Below, piece after piece: positions 9,457 through 19,292 of a stretch of 64,000 nucleotides of DNA. Below the pieces are notes generated by a model. The model saw only the letters and a list, made by a program, of their open reading frames with translations, did no database searches and had not been told where the DNA came from. Origin of the DNA: Gemmatimonadota bacterium (GTDB taxonomy: Bacteria > JBHIER01 > G020348925); contig CP070758.1 in the NCBI GenBank assembly GCA_020348925.1, positions 4,355,688 to 4,419,687 of the forward strand, in the 5' to 3' direction. Positions within the stretch are counted from its first letter, which is position 1, and every line of letters begins with the position of its first letter. A program made the position numbers and the translations under genes.

Positions 9457-10164
9457 TCAATTTCTCTTTGTGTCGATCAGTTCATCCTTATCGACCTTAC
9501 CATCAAGAAGCGTTATTTTTCGCCGCAGATATTGAATGACTTTTTGGTCATGTGTTGAAAATACGAACGTCGTTTGCAGGGTTCTGTTCAATCGCTCCAT
9601 GGTCTGCAGAATGTGGTGTGAATTCTCGGCGTCCAGATTGGCTGTCGGCTCATCGGCCAGAACGATCTCCGGTTTTTTCACAATGGCTCGCGCAATGGCA
9701 ACCCGCTGACTCTGTCCGCCCGAGAGCTGGCTCGGCTTCGATTTGGCTCTATCGGCCAACCCCACCCATTCGAGGGCATCCATCACCAATTTCTGTCGAT
9801 CGGCGGGAGACATATGCAGCAACAGGAGCGGGAACTCCACGTTCTCATAGACGGTGTAAACCGGAAGAAGATTGAAGGTCTGAAAAATGAACCCGATGTG
9901 TTTATTCCTGAGCTCAGCCGATTTTTTATGAGAAAGGTGTTCCACTTTTTCTCCCAGTACAAGGGCACTGCCTTCTGTCGGAGTGTCCAGGGAGCCGACG
10001 ATATTGAGCAGGGTCGTCTTTCCGGAACCACTCGGTCCCACCAAGCCGGCAAATTCACCTTTCTTAAAAGTGAGATTGACATGATCCAGTGCCACCAGGG
10101 AGTGGTCCCCCATGGGATAAATTTTTACCAAGTCCTCTGTTTGAATTAAGAATTCGTTTTCCAT
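9457..10164 (-). CDS. ABC transporter ATP-binding protein (LolD-like)
   Basis: GPSGSGKT, GFIFQTFNL, LSGGQSQR and DEPTANLD motifs. Confidence 0.95.
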   Translation of the reverse strand: MENEFLIQTEDLVKIYPMGDHSLVALDHVNLTFKKGEFAGLVGPSGSGKTTLLNIVGSLDTPTEGSALVLGEKVEHLSHKKSAELRNKHIGFIFQTFNLLPVYTVYENVEFPLLLLHMSPADRQKLVMDALEWVGLADRAKSKPSQLSGGQSQRVAIARAIVKKPEIVLADEPTANLDAENSHHILQTMERLNRTLQTTFVFSTHDQKVIQYLRRKITLLDGKVDKDELIDTKRN

Positions 10165-10174
10165 GGTCACCTCA

Positions 10175-11362
10175 CTAATGATCGAAAACTATCAGGAGTT
10201 GCACTCCCTTACCTGCAAATGTGCTCGCTGTGTCTTGAGTTTGGAATATCTGAAACCGCTGTGGGTTCCAGAATCCGATGAGATGGAAGCGCCAGTTGTC
10301 GTAGGTTCGTTGCCAGTTTATGAAACGATACCAGTCTTCATTTTCCCAATCATAATATAATATGCCCGTGATCGTGTCCACCAATCCAAGAGGATAGTTT
10401 GCGGACAACGCAGAGAATTCGAACCCTTCTCCGGAGCCGAAAGCATCGTCCGAAGCCTCGAATATGAAATATTCACCAAGAATATGGAGCCCGTTTCCCA
10501 GCCCGATGGTATAGTCGCATCCGAGCGTAACGAGTCTTTGGTATTTTAATGGGAGGGCTTCGATATCCTGGTGCAACAGGACTCCTTCAAACCAGACACC
10601 TAATTCCATATCCCACTTGGCATCGAGACCAAACCGATCTTCAGGGGCAGTCTTGTCAGCGAGAGCATATCGGGGATTGAACCCCGGCGGAATATCTCCG
10701 GATATCGACGACAGCAACGAACGGAGACCCTTCTCAAGATCCATTTTTCGATGATGATAGGAAACAGCGATTTCTCCGGTCAGAACAGGATGCTGAAATC
10801 GACCGCCATATTCAACCTCATGGCCAACAGAGGGTGCGACGTCCCAACCCTTTGTTTCGTCATTTCCGTAAAGACCCCACAGCCAGAGATTGGCATTGTT
10901 CAAGAAGTAATATCTGAGAAGGAGCCCATAGACCCCATCCGTGAGCTGAAGAGGATCGCGGGGATCGATGCGATCGAACCACATCAGCGGTCGCAGCAAC
11001 GAGGCCGAACCGAAGTTAACCTTCTGGAGGCCCACACGAACTTCACATTGTGACCCTGAAAACCGCAGCCAGAGCCGATACGGCTTCGTCTTGCCGTCGG
11101 CATCCGTATCGTCAATCGCATGAACCAGCGCCGTTCCATATGTATTCAGAGAAAGTTCAGCATCAATTGAATACGCGCCCGCAACGGATTGCGAGATGAA
11201 AAGACTCGGAATATAACGGAGACCAACCTGTGTGGGAGTAGACGCTTCGGCGGTGACAGTTATCCATCCGGAGAGCTGACCCTGAAACTCATAGGCCTGC
11301 GACATGAGACCTGCCGGACACCATAAAAAACAGAACGCCGCACAGACGATCTCTTTTGTCAT
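10175..11362 (-). CDS. Putative outer-membrane beta-barrel protein
   Basis: Signal peptide, aromatic alternating strands, VGLQKVNFG..FDRIDPRDP motif; ATG directly after the TetR stop. Confidence 0.6.
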   Translation of the reverse strand: MTKEIVCAAFCFLWCPAGLMSQAYEFQGQLSGWITVTAEASTPTQVGLRYIPSLFISQSVAGAYSIDAELSLNTYGTALVHAIDDTDADGKTKPYRLWLRFSGSQCEVRVGLQKVNFGSASLLRPLMWFDRIDPRDPLQLTDGVYGLLLRYYFLNNANLWLWGLYGNDETKGWDVAPSVGHEVEYGGRFQHPVLTGEIAVSYHHRKMDLEKGLRSLLSSISGDIPPGFNPRYALADKTAPEDRFGLDAKWDMELGVWFEGVLLHQDIEALPLKYQRLVTLGCDYTIGLGNGLHILGEYFIFEASDDAFGSGEGFEFSALSANYPLGLVDTITGILYYDWENEDWYRFINWQRTYDNWRFHLIGFWNPQRFQIFQTQDTASTFAGKGVQLLIVFDH

Positions 11363-11363
11363 C

Positions 11364-11978
11364 CTAAGCTTCATTCTCAGCCTCAGACTTATTACCGCCA
11401 TCCCTCGGAAGGATGCCGAAGAAGAAGAATTTGGTCAGCTCCATGATTACCTTTTCAGGAGAATCATAGAGCTTCACGAGCCGTTCATCGGAGATCATTT
11501 CTACGATGTGATTCAGAAAATAGAGGATAAATTCAGGGTTGATATCCCTCCGAATCTCGCCCAGTTTTTGCGCCTTCAAATAGTCGCTGAGCACCTCCTG
11601 AAAAGCCTCCTCCCTTTTGCGAGCGATGAATTCCGCAATCCGTGGATCAGGGTTTTGAGTCATATCGTGAAAGTATTCCTGGCTCACGTCCCTGGCCTGG
11701 CTCAATTTCATCTCAATCGTTTTCTCCACCTTTACGGGAAAAGGCATATCCTGATCCATAATGTGCCGATACCGGGCCATACTCTCCGAAATAATTCGAT
11801 TGATGAGAAACTTGGTCAGATCAACTTTATTGGAGAAGTGCTTGTAAAAGGTCATCTTACTGACATGTGCCGTCCGACAGATCTCCTCAATGGAAACCCT
11901 TCTCATACCGTATCGCATGAACAGCTCCTGAGCGGTATTCACAAGCTGCTGCAATTTGGGATTCTCTATGTGCTCCAT
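11364..11978 (-). CDS. TetR/AcrR family regulator
   Basis: AQELFMRYGMRRVSIEEICRTAHVSKMTFYKHFSNK helix-turn-helix. Confidence 0.95.
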   Translation of the reverse strand: MEHIENPKLQQLVNTAQELFMRYGMRRVSIEEICRTAHVSKMTFYKHFSNKVDLTKFLINRIISESMARYRHIMDQDMPFPVKVEKTIEMKLSQARDVSQEYFHDMTQNPDPRIAEFIARKREEAFQEVLSDYLKAQKLGEIRRDINPEFILYFLNHIVEMISDERLVKLYDSPEKVIMELTKFFFFGILPRDGGNKSEAENEA

Positions 11979-12098
11979 TTTGACACTCCTTACAAACCAG
12001 GCCCAACTTTACGATTACATTAATTAGATACATATTTCGTAATAAAGTTTCATATTCGTATAATATTTACCCGCGGATATCACTATTTTTGGGAAATG

Positions 12099-12124
12099 TA
12101 GGGGCTCAATATATTGAGCCCCTA
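12099..12124. repeat. Perfect 26-bp palindrome, GTAG-type REP-like (copy 1)
   Basis: TAGGGGCTCAATATATTGAGCCCCTA. Confidence 0.75.
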
Positions 12125-12358
12125 TCACGTCTGAAAATTGATCGATTTGAAATACTTATGAATACTGCGGCCAAGTCACGATGGCAAAAGATCATGATGT
12201 CGCGTCCCTCTGATAAATCTTTATGTTATAAGCAACTTTTGAGCACCCTGATGCGTCATAAGAGGTGACCAGATAGGGGCGGACGTCACGAAAGAGCCTG
12301 AAGTACCTTTCATTGCTTTGCTGCACGTTTGAACACTCGATTTGAGAAATCCACCATA

Positions 12359-15300
12359 ATGTATATACTCAGAAGAATTTTCTTCACTTTCTGCATATTT
12401 TCGTTCTTGCTCATGTCCCTGTTGGCCGGTGTATCGAACACTCAGCGCCCGGTGAGCACCGAGGCCCGAGTTTTCGTCGCTGCGAGAGGTCTTTTCGACG
12501 ACGGCCTCTACCAGGCGGCCATCGACGCGCTGCAGGATTACTTATCGAACCATCCTCAAGGCGAGAACCGCTCCGAGGCACAATTTCTCATCTCCGAGTC
12601 CTATTTTCAACTGAAGCACTATACCGAAGCCCTGGATGCTTATCAAAAGTTCCTTTCAGAGTATCCTGCAGTGGCCCGTGGCGCCGAGGCGCAACTGCGC
12701 ATCGGCCAGTCGCTGTTCAATACCGAGCGCTTCGATGAAGCCGCGGACGCCTTTGAGGGGTTTTTCAATACGTACGATAAGAGCCCTCTGGAGGATCAAG
12801 CCCTCTACTGGCTCGGCGAGTGCCAGTACCGCCGCGGAAATCCCCACAAGGCTCTCGACCGCTTTTCAACACTGGTCAGCCGATACCCGAAAAGCTCTCT
12901 GGCCGACTACGCGTATTATTCGACAGGGTGGATTTTCGAGGAGGAAAAGGATTATCGAAGGGCCGCCGATGCCTATATAAATGTGACCGAGAACTTCCCA
13001 GAGAGTCCATTGGCTGCTACCGCTCTCTATCGATCCGGTCTTGTGCTCTTCCGGGACGGTCACTTGAAGAAGGCGCAGAAGGCTCTGCTGAAAGGGTTGC
13101 ATAATCATCCGGACCATCCCCTTGCCCCTGAGGCACGGTATACCCGGGGAGAGATCTACAGGCAGCAGGCCGATTACAGGAAAGCAGTCGAAGCCTTTGA
13201 ACGTCTCATAGAGACCGATCCGCAGGGAGAATATGGTGACGACGGATACTTCGGTCTGGGTTGGTGCCTGGCAAAACAGGATCGATTTACCGAAGCTGCC
13301 GAGAGATACGATCGTCTCCTCAACCTCTTCCCAGAGAGCCCCCTGGCGCCCACTTCACTTTTCCACAAGGGAAGTGCCCTTCTGGCCAGCGGCGATTCAT
13401 TAGCGGCACGCAACGCGTTCTTGGACGTAATGCAACGCTATCCCCAAAGCACTGAGGCCGCCGGCGGCCTGTACGAGGCAGCACTGTTGGATTATCACAG
13501 CAAGAACTACAGTCAGGCGCGTGCGAATTTTTTGAGTGTGGCAGACGGGTATCCTGAATCGGGCCTCGTGGCCAAGGCCCTTTTCATGGTCGGTGTATGT
13601 CTGAGTTTCGAAGGGTCTCACCAACGCGCCATACAAATATACGATCGGCTTCGCTCCGGGAACACCGATTCACCGGAAGCAGCTGAAGCGCTCTTTCGCA
13701 TGGGCTTGGAGGAGAGGGAACTGGGCCATGCTGAGGCGGCTCTTCAGCATTTCTCGGCCTTCATGCAGCAGAACCAAGATCATGAGCTTGTGCCTGAGGC
13801 CCTCTTCTGGCAGGCAGAGACACATTACGACAGTGGTGACTGGGCAGCGGCCTTGAGAGGATATACCCGATTGGTCACAGAATACCCGTCCAGCCCTCGC
13901 AGGGCTATGGCCCTCTACGGCACGGGCTGGTCAAACATGAAAGTGAAGCGCTTTCTGGAAGCCGTACGTGGGTTTCGAGGGGCCTTAGCTGCAGGATTGA
14001 ATGGGACCTCACACCAGGATGCCCTTCTCCGCATAGGAGACGCTTACTTCAACATCAAGGAGTACGATCAGGCCATTGATGCGTACCGCGATGCGGTTCG
14101 CTTCGACCAAGAAACTTTGACCGCGGCCGAAGCTCTCTTTGGGATCGGACAATCCTTTTACCGAGACTCTGACTTCGACAGGGCCAGGGAGTCTTTTGAA
14201 AAGGTCGCGGAGGATTACGGTGAGAGCCCTTACGCGGACGAGGCCCGTTACATGATCGGACGAAGCCTCTTCCAGGCCGGGCGATACGATGAGGCGGCGG
14301 AGCAGTTTCTGAGCCTCAGCGAAACATTCCCCGGCAGCCCTTTTGCCGATGATGCTCTCTATGCCTCGGGCGATTGCTACTACAATCTGATCCAATATGA
14401 CGGGGCCATAGCCCACTATGATCGTCTCGTCCGCAGCTATCCCCAGAGTGAGTTGCTGGGAGATGCCATTCTCGGTATGCAGTGGTGCTATCTCCAGCAG
14501 GATCGGCTCGATGCTGCGATCGCCCTGTCAGACAGGTATGCGGAGCAATTCTCAAAAACCCCACTGGCGGCCGCATTATTGAGCAGAAAGGCAGAACTGC
14601 TCTACAATCAGGATCAGTACGACGAAGCCATTGAGGCCTACCGAAAGCTCATCCGTGAGTATCCCACAAGCTCCCGAACCTCCCCGGCCTGGTTCTGGAT
14701 TGGAATGTCCCACCTCAAGAATGGAAACTCCGTTCAAGCCCTGGAAGCCTTCGAAAACCAGAGAACACAATTTCCCAGGGAGCCATTGACGCCTCGGGCC
14801 ATCCATGAGACGGCCGAGATTTATCTCACCCAAAACCGTTTGAGTGCGTCCGAGCGGGCCTGCCACACATTGATCGAGGACTATCCTGAGAGCGACTATG
14901 CCTCCGAAGCCTCGGTACGTTTAGGCGAGATCGCCGCCAGGACAGGCGAGACCGCGGAAGCCGAGGCCACATTTCGAAACATCATCGGTCGGCTTAAAGG
15001 AAAGCCGCTGGGCTGTAAAGCCCGTGTCAACCTTGCCAAGCTGTATCTCAATGACGAGCGGTTGGATGATGCTTTGACCCTTCTCAAAGAGGTGGTGGAG
15101 TCCACCACAGACGAGACGGCTGCCGAAGCCCAGTTCCTGATGGCCCGAATCGCCCTCAACAGAGGCGACACACAAAAGGCGGCCGGCGAGTTCCTCAAGG
15201 TCAAATATCTCTACCCGGATCACACCACTTGGGTTATCGCGGCACTCTACGAAGCGGCTCGGGTCGACGAGGAGCTTCGGCGCTGGGAGGAGGCCCGTAA

Positions 15301-15391
15301 GCTCTATCAGACCCTCATCTCCGACTACGGAGATGAAGGGTATCGGCAAAAAGCGCGGGAACGGCTGGAGGCCATTAAAGACAAGAAGTAG
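12359..15391 (+). CDS. Very large periplasmic TPR-repeat protein
   Basis: Signal peptide followed by more than 20 BamD/YbgF-like TPR units (A.y..G..y...Y..A...f......yP.S). Confidence 0.9.
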   Translation: MYILRRIFFTFCIFSFLLMSLLAGVSNTQRPVSTEARVFVAARGLFDDGLYQAAIDALQDYLSNHPQGENRSEAQFLISESYFQLKHYTEALDAYQKFLSEYPAVARGAEAQLRIGQSLFNTERFDEAADAFEGFFNTYDKSPLEDQALYWLGECQYRRGNPHKALDRFSTLVSRYPKSSLADYAYYSTGWIFEEEKDYRRAADAYINVTENFPESPLAATALYRSGLVLFRDGHLKKAQKALLKGLHNHPDHPLAPEARYTRGEIYRQQADYRKAVEAFERLIETDPQGEYGDDGYFGLGWCLAKQDRFTEAAERYDRLLNLFPESPLAPTSLFHKGSALLASGDSLAARNAFLDVMQRYPQSTEAAGGLYEAALLDYHSKNYSQARANFLSVADGYPESGLVAKALFMVGVCLSFEGSHQRAIQIYDRLRSGNTDSPEAAEALFRMGLEERELGHAEAALQHFSAFMQQNQDHELVPEALFWQAETHYDSGDWAAALRGYTRLVTEYPSSPRRAMALYGTGWSNMKVKRFLEAVRGFRGALAAGLNGTSHQDALLRIGDAYFNIKEYDQAIDAYRDAVRFDQETLTAAEALFGIGQSFYRDSDFDRARESFEKVAEDYGESPYADEARYMIGRSLFQAGRYDEAAEQFLSLSETFPGSPFADDALYASGDCYYNLIQYDGAIAHYDRLVRSYPQSELLGDAILGMQWCYLQQDRLDAAIALSDRYAEQFSKTPLAAALLSRKAELLYNQDQYDEAIEAYRKLIREYPTSSRTSPAWFWIGMSHLKNGNSVQALEAFENQRTQFPREPLTPRAIHETAEIYLTQNRLSASERACHTLIEDYPESDYASEASVRLGEIAARTGETAEAEATFRNIIGRLKGKPLGCKARVNLAKLYLNDERLDDALTLLKEVVESTTDETAAEAQFLMARIALNRGDTQKAAGEFLKVKYLYPDHTTWVIAALYEAARVDEELRRWEEARKLYQTLISDYGDEGYRQKARERLEAIKDKK

Positions 15392-15419
15392 GCAATTGAG
15401 CTCTGAGTCGAAATCGCAT

Positions 15420-17132
15420 ATGTTCACTAAGTATTCCTCTGTTCTCAAATACACCGTCTGCGTGGTCCTGCTTATGACGACGTCACTCCCTTCGAACGCC
15501 CAAGAAGCTCCGCAGAGTCAGCAAGAGAGGAAGTCTCCCCTCGAGCTCCCGGATGTGATCGTTTACGGGGTGGATACAGATCTCCGAAAGACGGGAGAAA
15601 AGACATCTGCCGCAAAATTCTCAATCCTCGCCCTGTCCAGTGACGCGCCGGCCCCTTATCCGTCCCTTCCCTCATGCCGGGGCGTCTTAACGATACCCGG
15701 TTCCCGCCAATCGAGTCCGGGCCATGCAACATTTCTCTCTTCCTATGTCGGTTCTTACTCCAGTTGGGGGCTTCAGGCGATTCATAATCGAACTCTGAAA
15801 AGAGCCCATCTCAGACTTTTCTCGGACATTCAGGGGACCAACGGCGCGTTCGACAAGAGTGTCGGGACGTGGGGGGAGATCGAAGGGAGAGTCGACGGTC
15901 CACTCTCAAACACCATCACCGGTGGGCTTCAGGCCGGTTATCGACGCTGGTCGTACGGGTTGCACGGCTCTCCAAAATTTCTTGGAAAGTTTCGCCAGGA
16001 ATTGTTGACCATTCAAACACATATGGATTACAGGCATTCTCAACACACTCTGAGCCACTTCAGTTTCGCATATCGACTGTTGAACGTCCCCCAATCTCTT
16101 TATGACGTGTACGAAAATCTTTTTCGTGGCGAGTTTACGGTTCAAACGGAATTGGGCCCGTTCGGCATCAGTTCGCATCTTCACTGGACCGGTGACCGTC
16201 CTTCAGTTGAAAATATCAACGAGCCCCAGGATTTCAATTTGGTTGTCCCCGATTATCCTTCCAGTGATCTGCTCGGGCTCAGCATCGTTTCCAAGGTCCC
16301 GCTTCTTCCTCAGTTCTCAGCCGATATGGGAGTCGATGTGTACGTGTTTTCCAGAGAAAGACAGGACGACGAGACGAGACTTTTCCCAAAATTGCGCTGT
16401 CTCTACCGACCCCTTGCACCTGTGGCCATCCAGGCGTATCTGGGGGGAAATTTTCGGCATCGATCGCTGGTGGACCTCCATGAAGCAAATCCCTATGCGG
16501 TGCCGTCGATTTCATCTATCGTGTCTGCTGTCGAGGAGGTCCGATTGAAAGTGGGGACGGAGGTTGAAGTTGAGGTGCGACCGGACCTGTTTCTGAAGGG
16601 GGCCTATCGATGGACCCGTATCCTCGATGAATTGTATTGGCGATGGGAATGTGTTTCAGAGTTTTATACGAGTTTCCGGCTCGAGGAGGTCAGGCAGCAC
16701 CGGATCGATCTCTCGTGCAATTACCGGCCCGCTGAAAATATTACCATTGAAACAGGATTGACATGGCTCGATTATGGCATCAAAGACCGCTACATCTCCA
16801 TTGCGAACCCATCTGCGAAGATCCCCTTTCGTCCCAATAACCAGGCATGGGGGATCGTTACGTTTGACATTCCCGGAATAGTCGATATTCGAGGTGACTG
16901 GAGGTGGGTTGGGGGGCGGACTGCGTTCCTTCCGCTTCCTTTCGACTCATTCCATGATACGTTGGAACTGGATCCCTATTTTCTCCTCAACCTTACTCTG
17001 GAAAAGAACATTCACCGGGCGATTACGCTCTTTACCTCTATTTACAACCTGACAGACAGCGACTATGAAGTGTGGTACAACTACCCGGAAATGGGTATAC
17101 ATTTTCACGGAGGTCTGAAAATCGTTTTCTAA
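15420..17132 (+). CDS. TonB-dependent-like outer-membrane beta-barrel with little or no canonical plug
   Basis: Signal peptide, TonB-box-like ELPDVIVYG, C-terminal IYNLTD..Y...YPEMG..FHGGLKIVF ending in Phe. Confidence 0.75.
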   Translation: MFTKYSSVLKYTVCVVLLMTTSLPSNAQEAPQSQQERKSPLELPDVIVYGVDTDLRKTGEKTSAAKFSILALSSDAPAPYPSLPSCRGVLTIPGSRQSSPGHATFLSSYVGSYSSWGLQAIHNRTLKRAHLRLFSDIQGTNGAFDKSVGTWGEIEGRVDGPLSNTITGGLQAGYRRWSYGLHGSPKFLGKFRQELLTIQTHMDYRHSQHTLSHFSFAYRLLNVPQSLYDVYENLFRGEFTVQTELGPFGISSHLHWTGDRPSVENINEPQDFNLVVPDYPSSDLLGLSIVSKVPLLPQFSADMGVDVYVFSRERQDDETRLFPKLRCLYRPLAPVAIQAYLGGNFRHRSLVDLHEANPYAVPSISSIVSAVEEVRLKVGTEVEVEVRPDLFLKGAYRWTRILDELYWRWECVSEFYTSFRLEEVRQHRIDLSCNYRPAENITIETGLTWLDYGIKDRYISIANPSAKIPFRPNNQAWGIVTFDIPGIVDIRGDWRWVGGRTAFLPLPFDSFHDTLELDPYFLLNLTLEKNIHRAITLFTSIYNLTDSDYEVWYNYPEMGIHFHGGLKIVF

Positions 17133-17156
17133 TGTTTTTCTGACAAGGAGTATACT

Positions 17157-17786
17157 ATGAGTCTTTTCTCTATTGTCGCCAAGGGCGGCGTGCTCATGAT
17201 TCTTTTGGCCGCCTGCTCTATTGCGGCCCTGGCCATTCTCATCGAGCGCATCATTACGCTCAGGCGAGATGAGATCAATACCCGCGCTTTCCTGCTCGAG
17301 GTGAAGAATCGCCTGCTGGAGAATGATGTCGAGTCGGCCGTACACTTCAGCAGAAGTACCCCTGGTCCGGTGGCCGCCATAACCCAGGCTGGGCTTGAAC
17401 GACACAACCGGCCTCGGGTTGAGATCAAAGAGGCCATTGAGAGCGCCGGAAAGACGGCCATCCATCACTTGGAAAAGTATCTGGGCGTTCTGGCCACCAT
17501 CGCAACGGCTGCCCCTCTCATAGGATTTCTCGGAACGGTGACAGGCATGATCAGGGCCTTCATGCGCATTGAAGCTCTCGGCGGGAATGTTAACGCCAGC
17601 GTCCTGGCCGGTGGTATTTGGGAGGCCCTCATCACGACCGCTGCAGGGCTCACTGTGGGCATACCGGCATTGATTTTCTATAACTATCTCCAGGGCAGGG
17701 TTGAGAAGTTCATCTTTCAGATGGAAGAAGCGTCCGTCGATCTCCTGGATACATTGAGCGGGAAGGAAAGCAGCGATGAACTTTGA
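17157..17786 (+). CDS. exbB: MotA/TolQ/ExbB proton channel
   Basis: LATIATAAPLIGFLGTVTGMI and GIWEALITTAAGL motifs. Confidence 0.93.
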   Translation: MSLFSIVAKGGVLMILLAACSIAALAILIERIITLRRDEINTRAFLLEVKNRLLENDVESAVHFSRSTPGPVAAITQAGLERHNRPRVEIKEAIESAGKTAIHHLEKYLGVLATIATAAPLIGFLGTVTGMIRAFMRIEALGGNVNASVLAGGIWEALITTAAGLTVGIPALIFYNYLQGRVEKFIFQMEEASVDLLDTLSGKESSDEL

Positions 17787-18177
17787 GACGAAGCACAAGC
17801 GGATCGCCCAGTTCAACACCATCTCCTTGACCGATATCGTCCTTCTGCTCCTCATCTTCTTTCTTCTCTCCTCGACCTTCGTCATCCAGCCTGGGATCAA
17901 GGTCAAACTGCCCAAAGCGGCTTCGACCCAGGCCGAGGAGCGGGGCAATATTTACGTCACCATTACCTCTGACGAGCGGATTTTTCTTAACGACGAGCGG
18001 GTGGCGGAAGGAGAATTGGGGGCGAAGCTCCGAGTTTTGTTGGCTGCTGAGGGAGACAAGGCCGTTGTCATTCGAGGGGATAAGGATTTGACCCTGGAGA
18101 AGACCATCTCTATTGTGGACATCGCCAAGCTGGCCGGGGCGGAGAAGTTCGTCATCGCCACCCAGCCGGGGTTGTAG
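17776..18177 (+). CDS. exbD: ExbD/TolR biopolymer transport protein
   Basis: SLTDIVLLLLIFFLL with the conserved Asp; VKLPKA and VVIRGDK motifs. Confidence 0.93.
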   Translation: MNFETKHKRIAQFNTISLTDIVLLLLIFFLLSSTFVIQPGIKVKLPKAASTQAEERGNIYVTITSDERIFLNDERVAEGELGAKLRVLLAAEGDKAVVIRGDKDLTLEKTISIVDIAKLAGAEKFVIATQPGL

Positions 18178-18213
18178 GAACTGCGCTCGATTTTAAAGGG
18201 TCGAATATTTCGT

Positions 18214-18235
18214 TAGGGGCTCAATATATTGAGCC
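18214..18235. repeat. REP-like palindrome (copy 2 of the 12099 element)
   Basis: TAGGGGCTCAATATATTGAGCC, 22 nt identical to copy 1. Confidence 0.75.
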
Positions 18236-18262
18236 AGCACTACCCTTAAAATAATTAAGTAG

Positions 18263-18513
18263 ATGATGAAGTTATCCGCAAAAAGAAACAGACGAACCGT
18301 ACTCTCTTGGGCTGTGTCCCTTGGCGTGCACACCCTCATTTTCGTCATCCTATTAATCATAAAGGTGTTCATGGCTCCCGAGATACCGGAGTACAGCGAG
18401 ATGGATTTTGTCTCCGTGCCTACGGTCACGAGTCCAGCGCATGCCCAAGTTCCACCTGTTTCAACCCCTTCAACAGAGGAAATACCGCAAGTCAAGCTTA
18501 ATGAAGAGCCTGA
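18263..18513 (+). CDS. tonB: TonB/TolA-type energy transducer, N-terminal part (cut by assembly gap)
   Basis: TM with S-x3-H motif (AVSLGVH), Pro/Glu-rich linker, follows exbBD. Confidence 0.65.
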
Positions 18514-18613
18514 NNNNNNNNNNNNNNNNNNNNNNNNNNNNNNNNNNNNNNNNNNNNNNNNNNNNNNNNNNNNNNNNNNNNNNNNNNNNNNNNNNNNNNN
18601 NNNNNNNNNNNNN
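18514..18613. other. Scaffold gap (100 N)
   Basis: Run of N; true gap length unknown. Confidence 1.
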
Positions 18614-18637
18614 AGAGAATCCGTTGCATCAATCGAG

Positions 18638-18665
18638 GAGATTCCGGCATTCCAGCCGGAATGAC
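18638..18665. repeat. REP-like hairpin, ATTCC-N-GGAATGAC family
   Basis: GAGATTCCGGCATTCCAGCCGGAATGAC next to the gap. Confidence 0.6.
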
Positions 18666-18734
18666 AGTTCATGAATAAACCAGGCTAGAAAGAGAACACC
18701 TTTTGGTATTTCACACCACTCACAGGAGGAAAAA

Positions 18735-19133
18735 ATGAGCCGAACCCCTTACGAAGGTCTGCAGGATGACATTCGAGAATTGAAAATCGAACCAGAAATT
18801 GAGGCTTGGAAAAATGAATACACCGACAGGGATTATACAATAGAGTTAACGATACCAGAATTTACATCAATCTGTCCAAAGACCGGTTTGCCTGACTTCG
18901 GAACAATCCTCATACGTTATATTCCCGATGAATTGTGCGTTGAGCTCAAATCATTGAAACTTTACATCCATGCGTATCGAAACGTGGGGATCTTCTATGA
19001 GCATGTCGTCAATAAGATTCTGGACGATGTCGTTCGGGCGTGCCTGCCTCGAAGCGCTGAAGTTATTGCAGAATTTAATGTTAGGGGTGGAATGAGAGCC
19101 CAGGTTTCGGCATCGTACCGAGGCTCGGAATAG
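18735..19133 (+). CDS. queF: NADPH-dependent preQ0 reductase (short type I)
   Basis: PEFTSICPKTGLPDF, VELKSLKLY and RGG motifs; AGGAGG RBS. Confidence 0.95.
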   Translation: MSRTPYEGLQDDIRELKIEPEIEAWKNEYTDRDYTIELTIPEFTSICPKTGLPDFGTILIRYIPDELCVELKSLKLYIHAYRNVGIFYEHVVNKILDDVVRACLPRSAEVIAEFNVRGGMRAQVSASYRGSE

Positions 19134-19197
19134 CTCTGTCACAATTTCACAAGAGAGACCTCCTGTTTGGACAATATTCATTTTTGGAAAAAATTCC

Positions 19198-19226
19198 TTG
19201 ACGCTCTAGGTTTTAATAATTAGCTT
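19198..19226 (+). promoter_or_regulatory. Putative sigma70 promoter heading the Bat/Gld cluster
   Basis: TTGACG-17 bp-TAGCTT. Confidence 0.5.
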
Positions 19227-19292
19227 TAAAACCAATTTCTTGTGCACTTTTTTGTGATTTGCGAAGGATTGAACATCGTAGAAAGGAGAAGG

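Noticed and set aside
18614-18734. preQ1 riboswitch upstream of queF
   Set aside because: No recognisable stem-loop plus A-rich tail consensus; the visible hairpin is a REP-like repeat
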